Positions 1 to 9,898 are shown, numbered from the stretch's first letter. The stretch: DNA of 64,000 bases from Deferribacterales bacterium (GCA_050253075.1 JBFWJS010000001.1:192001-256000); one strand, 5' to 3'. Translations and numbers: made by a program. The notes: generated by a model from the sequence alone, not told the origin.

Positions 1-1329
1 ATTAGGGAAATATCCGCCCATCTCCACATCCGAGGGGATATACGGCACGGCAAGGAGCACAAGCGCCAGCCACATAAGACGTAGCCGTGTGCAGAGAAAC
101 AGGAAAAATGCCATAGCCAGAGCCCAGCCTATATGCGCCTTATACAGTGTAAAAAACGGAGCAAAAGCCCCCGCAAAGATATCTATCATCCACAGGTGAA
201 TCTTTTCCAGCAGTATCATCGGCGCAAGAGACATAGATGGAAATATCAGATATATAAGGAAACATATCACCTGTGCCGACAGCACGGGGATGAGAAATAT
301 AGTAGTGACTACGGAGCTGATGTTAAACGTGCCGAATGTGGCAGTCCCTGCGGGGATAATGAAGAGCGTCGCCACCAAGCCCACCGCAACGGGAGCCATA
401 AACTTAGGATATTTGAGCTGATCCAGATGGAGCAGGCCGTAAACAGCGGAAAAAGACAAAAGGAACGACGGCGAAGCGAGCATAGACGGAGATATCAGGA
501 TGAACAGCCCCGCAAAGAATAACAACAGCTTCCGCACGTCGGATGTATAGTCGAAGAACTTTGCCGTGATGATGGCAAATCCGATGAGCCCTGCACGCAG
601 TACGGGTATCTTAAATCCCGTGAAGGGTATCAGCAGTAAAAGCACAAGCCCCGCAGGTATCAGCCGCAGCTTATAAGGGAGAAAGCCGAATATAAGATAG
701 ACCACCATAGTATAAAGACCCACATGGAGCCCCGATATGGCGAGCAGATGCCCCAGCCCCGTCAGCTGGAACTTGTCTATCACGTCATCTTCCAGATACT
801 GCTTATCCCCGAGGACTATCCCCTGAGTGAGACGAAGCGCACCGCCTGTCACGGCAAACAGCTTGTCTGAAAGCTCCTGTCTGTTTTCCAGTATCCCGCC
901 GATAAATGGCAGATGTATAGAATATAGCTCCACATCAGACACAAAATACCCTCTGGCATACCGCCCTTCTGCTTCGCCCGAATATTTCTGCTTTTCATAT
1001 CCGCCGATGACGATATCGCCCGCACTGAGAGCCTGCGCCGTCACCAGCGTGCCCGATGTTGTAGTGTACAGACGTTTATCCTTGTCCGATGATTTCTCCC
1101 CAGTTATCAGCAGAGCGTTAGATGCGAAAAGGTATAGACAAAGCACGATGAGCCCTATCAGCACGCCCCGCTTCCTGCGGATGAAACCGAAGGGGAGAGC
1201 AAATGCAAAAAGCGCACCTGCGAATCTGCTCGGGTAAAATGCGAAAGAGGTAAGGATACTTAGTATGAAAAACAGCTCCACCCTGCCGTGTTTTACAATA
1301 AATATCTGGTAAAAAAGCCTTTTCATCAT
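1..1329 (-). CDS. comEC: ComEC/Rec2 competence membrane protein (3' end runs off window)
   Basis: Manual translation, absent from the ORF track. ATG ATG AAA AGG at 1329/1326 preceded by GAGG; in-frame signature TGLGHLLAISGLHVG near 718-762; hydrophobic composition. Confidence 0.85.
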   Translation of the reverse strand, partial: MMKRLFYQIFIVKHGRVELFFILSILTSFAFYPSRFAGALFAFALPFGFIRRKRGVLIGLIVLCLYLFASNALLITGEKSSDKDKRLYTTTSGTLVTAQALSAGDIVIGGYEKQKYSGEAEGRYARGYFVSDVELYSIHLPFIGGILENRQELSDKLFAVTGGALRLTQGIVLGDKQYLEDDVIDKFQLTGLGHLLAISGLHVGLYTMVVYLIFGFLPYKLRLIPAGLVLLLLIPFTGFKIPVLRAGLIGFAIITAKFFDYTSDVRKLLLFFAGLFILISPSMLASPSFLLSFSAVYGLLHLDQLKYPKFMAPVAVGLVATLFIIPAGTATFGTFNISSVVTTIFLIPVLSAQVICFLIYLIFPSMSLAPMILLEKIHLWMIDIFAGAFAPFFTLYKAHIGWALAMAFFLFLCTRLRLMWLALVLLAVPYIPSDVEMGGYFPN

Positions 1330-1430
1330 ACCTCTTCCGTCTGATAGTTATAATATTTTAGTTTATTTCTCCTTTCATATAAAGCCCGCTTTTGTTAAAA
1401 TATCATCAACAAAAAAATTGTGGATTTGAC

Positions 1431-4400
1431 ATGAGCGGTAACAAGGATTTCGTACATCTTCATTTACATACACAGTATTCACTCCTCGACGGTGCTATCA
1501 TCGTCGGCGACCTGATGCAAAAGATAAAAGAGACTGGCATGACACCCATGGTCGGCATATCCGACCACGGCACGATGCACGGTATAGTAGACTTCTATAA
1601 ACAGGCACTGGCAAACGATATTAAGCCCGTGCTGGGGTGCGAGGTCTATGTCTCCCCAGATTCCAGATTCAACACCAGCTACGAACGTGGACAGGACAGG
1701 AACTATCACCTTGTTCTGCAGGCGGTGAACAACACCGGTCTTTCAAACCTGCAGAAGCTCGTCTCCCTCGCCCAGTTCGAGGGATTCCATTACAAACCCC
1801 GTGTGGATAAAGAGATTCTCGCTAAATATTCCGAAGGGCTGATCGCCATGTCGGCGTGTCTGGCGGGCGAGATACCACGTAAGATAATGCGTGAGCAGTA
1901 CGACGAGGCCGTCGCTGTCGCCCACGAATACAGAGACATCTTCGGCAAGGATAACTTCTTCCTCGAAATACAGGAAAACGGCATAGAGGAACAGCTGATG
2001 GTGAACAGAAACATCATCAAGATGTCCCGTGAATCGGGCATCCCCCTCGTCGCCACAAACGACTGCCACTACCTTAACAAAGGCGACCACCTCAGCCACG
2101 AGGTACTCATTTGCATACAGACACAGTCCACCATAAACAGCCCGAACAGGTTCGAGATACACTCCGACCAGCTCTGGGTGAAAACACCGGAGGAGATGTG
2201 GGCGTCATTCGGCGAAGTGCCCGACGCTCTCACAAACACCGTAGAGATAGCCAACAGGTGCAACACATCGATTGAATTCGGCAATCTGCACCTGCCCGAG
2301 TATGAAGTGCCCGATGGGTACAGCATCGCAAGCTACCTCGAACACCTAGCACGGAAAGGACTGCATGAGAAACTGGCGAAAATCCCCGCCGACAAGCATC
2401 AGGTATACTACGACCGTATGCAGACAGAGCTGGACGTCATCATAGGTAAAAACTTTGCGGGATACTTCCTCATCGTATGGGACTTCATGAATTACTCCCG
2501 CCGTGTGGGCATCCCTGTGGGACCGGGGCGTGGTTCGGGTGCGGGCTCTCTCGTTGCCTATTCCCTCGGCATCACAGACCTCGACCCTATACATTTTAAA
2601 CTGCTCTTTGAAAGATTCCTTAACCCTGAAAGATCATCCATGCCCGACTTTGATATCGACTTCTGTGTGCGTGGACGTGAACAGGTAATAAAATACGTCC
2701 GTGAAAAATACGGCGACGACCGTGTTTCACAGATTATCACATTCGGTAAGCTGCTCGGACGAAGCACCGTACGTGACGTCGGGCGTGTGCTCGAAGTGCC
2801 CCTGCCCATAGTCGATAAACTGGCGAAAGCACTCCCTTCCGACCCGGGCATGACTCTGCGCAAAGCCCTGAAACAGGACGAAGAGCTGGAGCAGATATTT
2901 AAATCTGTGGATCAGGGGGAAGAGATACTCCGACACGCCGTAAAGCTGGAAGGGCTCGTGAGAAACACGGGTATGCACGCTGCGGGCGTTATCATTTCCG
3001 ACAAACCGCTGGATGAATACGTGCCTCTCTGCAAAGGGCAGAACAATGAGGTCGTTTCCCAGTTTGAAAAAGATACTATGGAGAGCGTCGGTCTCGTTAA
3101 GTTCGACTTTTTGGGACTGAACAACCTCACCATCATAGACGAAGCTATCAAACAGATTAAGAAGAACAGGGGGGAGGATCTCGATATTACGAGAATACCT
3201 CTGGATAATGCAGAAGTTTTCGACCTGCTCAGCCGTGGAGATGCTACGGGCGTATTCCAGCTGGAGAGCTCGGGTATGAAAAACCTGCTGAAAAAGCTGC
3301 GTCCTGAATGTTTCGAAGATATTATCGCGCTTGTGGCGCTTTACCGTCCGGGTCCTATGGAGTCAGGGATGCTTGATTCCTTTGTAAAACGTAAATACGG
3401 AGAGGAGGAGATAGACTATATCTTCCCCGATCTGGAAGACATCCTTAAAGAGACCCGAGGCGTTGTTATTTATCAGGAACAGGTAATGCAGATCGCCCAG
3501 ATCGTGGGCGGATACTCTCTCGGCTCTGCGGATAACCTCCGCCGTGCGATGGGTAAAAAGAAAGCATCCGAGATGGAAAAGCAGAAGGAATTCTTCCTAT
3601 ACGGCGACGGCGACACCATCCCCGGTGCAAAGGCACGCGGCTATGATATGGTCATGGCTGAAGACCTCTTCGACAAACTGGCGAAATTCGCCGGATACGG
3701 TTTCAACAAATCACACTCCGCAGCATATGCCCTAATCAGTTATCAGACAGCATATCTGAAGGCACTTTATCCTGTGGAATACATGGCGGCCATCCTCTCA
3801 TGCGAGATCGATAAGGGCGAAAAGATCGTAACCTTTACCGAAGAATGTAAGAGCATGGGGATAGAGGTTCTGCCTCCGAACGTAAATAAATCAGGTGCAA
3901 ACTTTGAAATAGAAGGGAAAGCCATACACTTCGGACTCGGCGCTATCAAAGGCGTCGGAGTAAATGCCATCGACGCAGCCATTCAGGAGCGTGAGGCAAA
4001 CGGAGAGTTTAAGAGCATATATGATTTCTGCGAGCGTGTTGACCTGCGTGCATGTAACAAGCGTGTCATCGAAGCACTGGTCAAGGCGGGCGCATTCGAC
4101 TGTACGGGGAAAAACCGCAGACAGCTCCTGCAGGTGATAGAGAAAGCTCTGGAGGAAGGCCAGCGTAAGCAGAAGATGGCGGAACAGGGGATAATGTCCC
4201 TCGAGGCTTTCCTGCTGGACGAGGACGAGACCGAAGAGGAACAGTATTTTTACCCTGATGTGGATGAAATGCCCGAAAACGAACTGCTGAAAATGGAGAA
4301 GGAAGTTCTCGACTTTTACATCAGCAATCACCCTCTGGCCATATATAACAACATTCTCAAGACATTCACCATACCGCTCAGCGAGGTGAACAACCCCGAC

Positions 4401-4961
4401 AGCACAGGCGATGTTGTCGTAGGCGGGCTAGTAAAGGAAGTGAAGCGCATCATGACCAAAAAAGGCGACAAAATGGCCTTTGTAAAGATAGAGGACATGA
4501 ACGCAGACGTGGAAGTGATCGTTTTCCCACGTACATTCGAGGCTTATCAGAGACACCTCGAAAACGATAAGATCATCATCATAGCTGGCAAGGTAGACCA
4601 TAAGGAAGACAGCAGCAACATTCTGGCTGATAAGATCATGGACGTGACCGAGGCTATGGAGATGCTCACAGAGGAAGTGACCATCACACTCAGCTCCGTC
4701 GGCATGACATCCGAGAGACTCTCAAAGCTGAAGACAATATTAGGCACACACCACGGCGAAGTTCCGGTGAAATTAAAACTTGAAAAGCCGAAGACGTTCG
4801 CCGTTTACATCAATACCGGCCCCGATTTTAAGATAAAGCCGGGGTACGAATTTTACAGCGAGATTGACTCTCTGCTCGGTAAAAACAGATATGACATCCG
4901 CTCCAAAGCCTATGTGCACGAAGAGCGAAAGAACGGATTCAGAAAGAATAAATCGGCTTAA
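1431..4961 (+). CDS. dnaE: DNA polymerase III alpha subunit
   Basis: PHP domain FVHLHLHTQYSLLDG, GPGRGSGAGS, MPDFDIDF, GYGFNKSHSAAY, C-terminal OB fold. Start set at ATG 1431. Confidence 0.97.
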   Translation: MSGNKDFVHLHLHTQYSLLDGAIIVGDLMQKIKETGMTPMVGISDHGTMHGIVDFYKQALANDIKPVLGCEVYVSPDSRFNTSYERGQDRNYHLVLQAVNNTGLSNLQKLVSLAQFEGFHYKPRVDKEILAKYSEGLIAMSACLAGEIPRKIMREQYDEAVAVAHEYRDIFGKDNFFLEIQENGIEEQLMVNRNIIKMSRESGIPLVATNDCHYLNKGDHLSHEVLICIQTQSTINSPNRFEIHSDQLWVKTPEEMWASFGEVPDALTNTVEIANRCNTSIEFGNLHLPEYEVPDGYSIASYLEHLARKGLHEKLAKIPADKHQVYYDRMQTELDVIIGKNFAGYFLIVWDFMNYSRRVGIPVGPGRGSGAGSLVAYSLGITDLDPIHFKLLFERFLNPERSSMPDFDIDFCVRGREQVIKYVREKYGDDRVSQIITFGKLLGRSTVRDVGRVLEVPLPIVDKLAKALPSDPGMTLRKALKQDEELEQIFKSVDQGEEILRHAVKLEGLVRNTGMHAAGVIISDKPLDEYVPLCKGQNNEVVSQFEKDTMESVGLVKFDFLGLNNLTIIDEAIKQIKKNRGEDLDITRIPLDNAEVFDLLSRGDATGVFQLESSGMKNLLKKLRPECFEDIIALVALYRPGPMESGMLDSFVKRKYGEEEIDYIFPDLEDILKETRGVVIYQEQVMQIAQIVGGYSLGSADNLRRAMGKKKASEMEKQKEFFLYGDGDTIPGAKARGYDMVMAEDLFDKLAKFAGYGFNKSHSAAYALISYQTAYLKALYPVEYMAAILSCEIDKGEKIVTFTEECKSMGIEVLPPNVNKSGANFEIEGKAIHFGLGAIKGVGVNAIDAAIQEREANGEFKSIYDFCERVDLRACNKRVIEALVKAGAFDCTGKNRRQLLQVIEKALEEGQRKQKMAEQGIMSLEAFLLDEDETEEEQYFYPDVDEMPENELLKMEKEVLDFYISNHPLAIYNNILKTFTIPLSEVNNPDSTGDVVVGGLVKEVKRIMTKKGDKMAFVKIEDMNADVEVIVFPRTFEAYQRHLENDKIIIIAGKVDHKEDSSNILADKIMDVTEAMEMLTEEVTITLSSVGMTSERLSKLKTILGTHHGEVPVKLKLEKPKTFAVYINTGPDFKIKPGYEFYSEIDSLLGKNRYDIRSKAYVHEERKNGFRKNKSA

Positions 4962-4968
4962 TCCCATT

Positions 4969-5060
4969 TGTCATTGCGAAGCCTCGCAAAGGCTGTGGCA
5001 ATCTCCCACACAGGTATACGTAATAAAGCTGGACGACTGCTTAACATTTTTTGCAGTGAC
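4969..5060. repeat. GTCA-tagged REP-like palindrome (4969-5005) with degenerate inverted partner (5035-5060)
   Basis: TGTCATTGCGAAGCCTCGCAAAGGCTGTGGCAATCTC has stems ATTGC/GCAAT and GCCT/AGGC; the partner ends ...TTGCAGTGAC. Confidence 0.65.
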
Positions 5061-5075
5061 TTTTCAGAGGTAGAT

Positions 5076-5867
5076 ATGAAAACATGTTTAACCATCGCAG
5101 GTTCCGACTCAGGCGGCGGAGCAGGCATTCAGGCAGATATAAAGACCATGAGCGCAAACGGCGTCTATGCCATGAGCGTCATAACAGCCGTCACAGCTCA
5201 GAACACCACCGGTGTTCAGGGATATGTCGACATCCCCCTTGAGTATATAGACATGCAGATAGACTCTATTTTTTCAGATATCGTCCCCGATGCCGTAAAG
5301 ACGGGAATGCTTTCAAACCCCGACACTGTGGCACTGGTAGCAAGGAAACTGCATGAGTACAGGGTGGAAAACCTTGTGGTAGACCCTGTGATGATAGCAA
5401 AGGGAGGCTCGCCGCTGCTCAGGGAAGAAGCCGTGCAGAACATGGTTCAGATGCTTTTCCCACAGGCAAAGATCATCACGCCGAACATCCCCGAAGCCGA
5501 ATTTATAACAGGCAAAAAGATCGTCACATCATCCGACATGCACGAGATATGCCTCCTGCTGACAGATATGGGTGCGAATGCCGTCCTTTTAAAAGGCGGG
5601 CACATGGGCACTGACGAAGCGAACGACCTGCTCTTTGACGGTGAAGATTTCTATACACTCTCATCACCACGGATAAATACCGAAAACACACACGGCACAG
5701 GGTGTACACTCGCATCCGCCATCGCATCGAACCTTGCGAAGGAGCTGAACATACTGGACGCCGTACGTGCGGCAAAGGGATATATTCAGGGAGCTATAGA
5801 GCACGCCGACGACCTTGAGATTGGCTCCGGTCACGGTCCTGTGCATCATTTTTATCAATTCTACTGA
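5076..5867 (+). CDS. thiD: Hydroxymethylpyrimidine/phosphomethylpyrimidine kinase
   Basis: LTIAGSDSGGGAGIQADIKT, VVDPVM, NTHGTGCT, GHGPVHHF. ATG 5076 follows GAGG; the 36-aa extension in the ORF track reads through a repeat. Confidence 0.95.
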   Translation: MKTCLTIAGSDSGGGAGIQADIKTMSANGVYAMSVITAVTAQNTTGVQGYVDIPLEYIDMQIDSIFSDIVPDAVKTGMLSNPDTVALVARKLHEYRVENLVVDPVMIAKGGSPLLREEAVQNMVQMLFPQAKIITPNIPEAEFITGKKIVTSSDMHEICLLLTDMGANAVLLKGGHMGTDEANDLLFDGEDFYTLSSPRINTENTHGTGCTLASAIASNLAKELNILDAVRAAKGYIQGAIEHADDLEIGSGHGPVHHFYQFY

Positions 5868-5881
5868 TTAATTATATTTTT

Positions 5882-5984
5882 AAGTCCGTCCATGGACTTG
5901 AAAATTCGGCGCAAGTCTGTACAAGTATTAGCCTTGCTTTCACTACGTGAGATGCGTCCTGCATCTTCATAGATTTTCAAGTCC
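5882..5984. repeat. Modular hairpin repeat, family 2, copy 1
   Basis: AAGTCCGTCCATGGACTT hairpin, AGATGCGTCCTGCATCT hairpin at 5950-5966, and inverted pair GGACTTGAAAAT (5894-5905)/ATTTTCAAGTCC (5973-5984). Shares modules with 51667-51796 and 55260-55334. Confidence 0.65.
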
Positions 5985-5995
5985 GTACAATTAAT

Positions 5996-6275
5996 TGTCA
6001 CTCTGAGGAGCACTAGCCGAAGGCTGAACGAATCCATAAATACATAATTGATGAGTAGAGCGACGTGAGAGTCTCACAACCTCTGATAATCAAACCTTAT
6101 AGTCACCGTGACGTTAGACTTTGGTAAGCGTCAGCCTGAGATTCCTACGCCTGTAAACAGGCTCAGAATGACAAACCATACAAACAAAGCTACGTCATTC
6201 TGAGCGTAGCGAAGAATCTGATACCATTAGAGAATCCACGTGTTCAGATCCTTCGGCTAAAGCCTCAGGATGACG
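5996..6275. repeat. Cluster of four GTCA-tagged REP-like palindromes forming two inverted dimers
   Basis: Units at 5996-6075 (+, loop insertion), 6138-6173 (-), 6193-6220 (+), 6245-6275 (-). Core consensus GTCATYCTGAG-loop-CGAAGRATCTG; the first two units are more divergent. Confidence 0.85.
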
Positions 6276-6295
6276 AAAGAATTTTCCTGAAACAT

Positions 6296-6331
6296 AAAAA
6301 CCCCAATCTTATTATTAAAATTGGGGTTTTT
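6296..6331. terminator. Bidirectional intrinsic terminator between convergent thiD and tal
   Basis: AAAAACCCCAAT-12 nt-ATTGGGGTTTTT. Confidence 0.7.
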
Positions 6332-6424
6332 CTTATTTTACTTCAAAATTTCAACACGTCTTTTAAGTCTCTTGCTCAAAAGAGGGGCTTATTAGTTTAC
6401 TTTAGAAACAGAGAATATATTCTC

Positions 6425-7075
6425 TTATATAGTGCCGCCGCTGGCTGACCAGTCAGCGAGGAACTGTTCGATACCTTTGTCTGTGAGAGGATGCTTCATC
6501 ATCTGCTCTATCACTTTGTAAGGTATAGTGGCGATGTCTACGGCTATCTCCTGACACTGGAGCATATGCGCTGTGCTTCTGATGGAAGCGGCGATGACTT
6601 CTGTGTCGTAGTCGTATGTATCCACAACATTCTGGCACTGGGAAACAACGTCTATGCCGTCGTGACCTATATCGTCCAGTCTGCCTGCGAACGGGCTGAT
6701 GTATGCTGCGCCTGCTTTACAAGCGAGCAGAGCCTGATTCGCTGAAAAGATAAGTGTAACGTTTACGTCGATCCCTTCGCCTGAAAGGATGCTTGTGGCC
6801 TTCAGACCGTCCTTTGTGAAAGGAACTTTTACAACGACATGTTCGCTGATGCCTGCGAGCTCGCGGCCTTCTTTCACCATGCCTTCCCAGTCGAGTGCGA
6901 TAACTTCTGCACTGACAGGTCCGTTCACGACGTCACATATCTCTTTTATCGTCTTTTTGAAATCTTTCTTCTCTTTTGCTATGAGTGACGGGTTTGTAGT
7001 AACTCCGTCGAGAATGCCGAGGTCTTTTACCTCTTTGATCTCTTCTACATTTGCAGTATCAAGGAATATCTTCAT
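6425..7075 (-). CDS. tal: Transaldolase / fructose-6-phosphate aldolase family (short TalC type)
   Basis: MKIFLDTAN, GVTTNPSL, VVVKVP (Schiff-base Lys), YISPFAGRLDD, HPLTDKG. Confidence 0.9.
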   Translation of the reverse strand: MKIFLDTANVEEIKEVKDLGILDGVTTNPSLIAKEKKDFKKTIKEICDVVNGPVSAEVIALDWEGMVKEGRELAGISEHVVVKVPFTKDGLKATSILSGEGIDVNVTLIFSANQALLACKAGAAYISPFAGRLDDIGHDGIDVVSQCQNVVDTYDYDTEVIAASIRSTAHMLQCQEIAVDIATIPYKVIEQMMKHPLTDKGIEQFLADWSASGGTI

Positions 7076-7323
7076 TTTTCTTCACCTTTTTTCTGTGCTA
7101 TGAATTCGTCCATTGATTCTTTAGAGCTGAAGTAATACAGCTTGTCGTAGTATTTTACCTTGAATTCCGTATCGGTGCCAACATAAACGCCGTTTATCGG
7201 ATCCTGAACAGTTTCCACTGCTGTGGGGTCTGTCTTCGGTTTTTCTTCTGTGCCTACGGGCTTTTTAAAAAGTTTAAAAGCGAGAAATCCGAGTATCGCC
7301 GCTATTACAAGCTTCATCACCAT
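7072..7323 (-). CDS. Small membrane-anchored YHS/TRASH-like protein
   Basis: N-terminal TM helix then VQDPINGVYV...YYFSSKESMDEF. Overlaps the jag stop and the tal start. Confidence 0.7.
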   Translation of the reverse strand: MVMKLVIAAILGFLAFKLFKKPVGTEEKPKTDPTAVETVQDPINGVYVGTDTEFKVKYYDKLYYFSSKESMDEFIAQKKGEEK

Positions 7324-8072
7324 TACTCTTCTCCCTGTGCCGCCTTTGGAGCACGGTTTTCCCCGCTCCTGTTGGAAGGTCTGCGGCTTCTCGGCCTGCG
7401 GTTTCCGTTTCCGTTTCTGTTTCCGCCTGCTGATGGTGCTCCGCCGCCCTTTCTCTCAGGAACGATGAGTATCTCTTTCAGGTGCCCTTCGCCTTTGCTC
7501 ACAGTGCTGATACCCTGCACATCTTTGAGCACCATGTGTATCTCTTTGCGAACCATTGTCACCATTGGTGCCATCTTTATAGGTTTGCCTGTTCTTTTAA
7601 CTGTTTTAGCGAGTTTGAGAGCTTTCTCTTTAAGGTTTTCCACCACACGCTCTCTGTAGTCCTCTACATCCACGATGAATGTCATGTCATGGCTCTGCCA
7701 GCTGATCATCCTGTTCAGTATAAACTGGAAAGAGTCGAGTGTCTGGGCATTTTTGCCTATGAGGAGCTTAGAATCGGGGGAGATAATGTTCAGCACCACA
7801 TCAGGGTGTCTCTCTTTGATCTCTATGCTGTAGTCGGCGAAGCCTGCTTTCTCCAGTATTTCGGAGAGAGTGAGCCTTGCCTTTCTGCTGTAGAATTCTG
7901 TGTCGTTGAACTTTATCTTTACCAGAGCGTTCTTGCTGCCGAAGCCGAGGAAGCCTTTAGAGCCTGCCTCGAGAACCTCTGTCTCGATATAGTCCTTTGG
8001 TATATCGTTTTCTGCCAGGAAGTTGTCGATGGCCTGTTCGGCTGTCTTACCTTCCGCTTCAAAATATTTCAT
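7323..8072 (-). CDS. jag: Jag/KhpB (SpoIIIJ-associated) RNA-binding protein
   Basis: Jag_N motif GSKGFLGFGSKNA, KH-like LLIGKNAQTL, R3H-like RKEIH; follows yidC. Confidence 0.9.
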   Translation of the reverse strand: MKYFEAEGKTAEQAIDNFLAENDIPKDYIETEVLEAGSKGFLGFGSKNALVKIKFNDTEFYSRKARLTLSEILEKAGFADYSIEIKERHPDVVLNIISPDSKLLIGKNAQTLDSFQFILNRMISWQSHDMTFIVDVEDYRERVVENLKEKALKLAKTVKRTGKPIKMAPMVTMVRKEIHMVLKDVQGISTVSKGEGHLKEILIVPERKGGGAPSAGGNRNGNGNRRPRSRRPSNRSGENRAPKAAQGEE

Positions 8073-8092
8073 ATTGAATGTGTCTCCGTTTT

Positions 8093-9628
8093 CTACGCAA
8101 GTTTTTTGTTAATAACATACTGCTGCGCTATGGTCAGTATGTTGTTTGTCAGCCAGTAGACAACAAGCCCCGAAGGGAAGTTGAGGAACACGAAAGTGAA
8201 TATCAGAGGCATGAACATGAATATCTTTTTCTGAAGTTCGTCTGTGGCTGTGTTCGGTGTCATCTTCTGCTGAAGGAACATGGTTCCGCCCATTATTACA
8301 GGCGTGATGTAGTAAGGGTCTTTCAGGGAGAGGTCTGTTATCCAGAGGACAAAAGGAGCACCCTGAAGCTCGATAGCGAGCAGAAGCGACTTATACAGTG
8401 CGAAGAATATCGGTATCTGAAGGATCATAGGGAGGCAGCCGCCTAGAGGGTTAACGCCCTCTTTTTTGTACAGCTCCATAGTAGCCTGATTTGTTTTCTC
8501 TTTATCGCCTTTATATTTCTCTTTGATCTCAGCCATCTTTGGTCCGAGTGAAGACATCTTCTTCATGCTGACCATACTCTTCTGTGTAAGAGGGAATGTG
8601 ATGAGCTTTATCACGATGGTAAGAAGGATGATGGCAACACCATAGTTCTGTACCACGCCGTATATGATCTTAAGGAATTTAAGCATTGGGATAGCGATGA
8701 ATGCGAAGATACCGAAGTCGATAGCCTTCTCAAGTTTCAGTCCGTATGACTTAAGGAGGTCATACTCTTTCGGACCTGCGAAAAGTGAGAACTCCACAGT
8801 CTCTCTCGCACCCGGGTTAACCTTATACTCTTTCGCACCCATGATGCTTGCAGAGCCGTTTTTCGGAGCCATAACAGCTTTGTCATAGTCCTGCTCTACG
8901 CCTATCATGAAGTACTTGGACATGTATCCGACCCATACAGGTTTCTCAAAAACGAGGTCTTTATCTACTTTTTCAGCCTTTTCCTTTTTCAGACGTTTAC
9001 CGTCGAAGAGGAGAGGTCCCTGAAAGGAGTATCTGTCAGACTCGAATCCGTCTACGGCATTTGCGCCTATCCCTGAGGAGAGAGGAATGCTGACTGTCTT
9101 GTCGCCTGTATTTGTGATGATGAGCTTACCGCTGATGAGGTAGCTGTCATCTTTGATCTCATAAACTTTGTTCACGACGATGTCGCCCTGCTCACCGGTG
9201 AAGGTGACGGTTGTCACGCCGTTGCTCTTTTTAACATCGGAACGGTACACACTGATGAAAGGTACATCAGCTACGAAAACATCTGCGCTTCCGCTTTTGA
9301 ATCCTACATTCTCAAGATCGCGTCCGTGGTATTTGTTTATCACGGCCTCTTTCATGTTTCCTGTATTATCATTAAATGTGTATTTTACATAGTTGGTGTC
9401 TACATCAAATGTTCTGAGGACAACAGGCTCTGCTGCCGGAGCTGCCTCTTCGATAACGACCGGCTGAACGTCCGCTGTCTGTTCGCTGGACGCCTGCGGT
9501 GCTGCCTGTTCTGTTGTAGCAGTCTGGGGAGTTTCTGTCTGGGGTGCCGGCTTGGGGGCAAAGAAAAACTGGAATACTAGAATTACAAGGGCGCTGAGGC
9601 CTATTGCCAGTACTGTATTTCTATTCAT
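8093..9628 (-). CDS. yidC: Membrane protein insertase YidC
   Basis: FAGPK, NYGVAIILLT, GVNPLGGCLPMILQIPIFFALY, PSGLVVYW. Confidence 0.96.
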   Translation of the reverse strand: MNRNTVLAIGLSALVILVFQFFFAPKPAPQTETPQTATTEQAAPQASSEQTADVQPVVIEEAAPAAEPVVLRTFDVDTNYVKYTFNDNTGNMKEAVINKYHGRDLENVGFKSGSADVFVADVPFISVYRSDVKKSNGVTTVTFTGEQGDIVVNKVYEIKDDSYLISGKLIITNTGDKTVSIPLSSGIGANAVDGFESDRYSFQGPLLFDGKRLKKEKAEKVDKDLVFEKPVWVGYMSKYFMIGVEQDYDKAVMAPKNGSASIMGAKEYKVNPGARETVEFSLFAGPKEYDLLKSYGLKLEKAIDFGIFAFIAIPMLKFLKIIYGVVQNYGVAIILLTIVIKLITFPLTQKSMVSMKKMSSLGPKMAEIKEKYKGDKEKTNQATMELYKKEGVNPLGGCLPMILQIPIFFALYKSLLLAIELQGAPFVLWITDLSLKDPYYITPVIMGGTMFLQQKMTPNTATDELQKKIFMFMPLIFTFVFLNFPSGLVVYWLTNNILTIAQQYVINKKLA

Positions 9629-9655
9629 TTCTGGATAACCTCCGAAGGTTTCTGC

Positions 9656-9898
9656 TTATTTCACAGGGTCGTACCCGCCTTTCGACAGGGGGTTACAACG
9701 TGCCACTCTCCATACGGTAAGCAGCGTGCCTTTGATCAGGCCTTTCTGTTTAAGAGCCTGAACGGCATAGTCAGAGCATGAGGGGTAAAACCGGCATCTG
9801 TTTCCCAACAGAGGAGATATGAATAGTTTATATAGTCTGATCAGGCCGATGAGCCATAGTTTCAGATTTAATATTTTCAGCAAGTGAGAGGATTTCAT
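9656..9898 (-). CDS. yidD: Membrane protein insertion efficiency factor YidD (start approximate)
   Basis: [19 protein letters not shown]...[13 protein letters not shown]. Confidence 0.9.
   Translation of the reverse strand: MKSSHLLKILNLKLWLIGLIRLYKLFISPLLGNRCRFYPSCSDYAVQALKQKGLIKGTLLTVWRVARCNPLSKGGYDPVK

Noticed and set aside
133..1237. Plus-strand ORFs 133-522 and 827-1237
   Set aside because: Antisense to comEC.
4962..5075. TPP riboswitch upstream of thiD, or a 36-aa ThiD extension
   Set aside because: No CTGAGA/ATACC core; the region is explained by a REP-like unit and there is an RBS before ATG 5076.
5996..6275. Repeat cluster as a CRISPR array or tRNA
   Set aside because: Units alternate in orientation, differ in sequence and have irregular spacers; no cloverleaf or T-loop.
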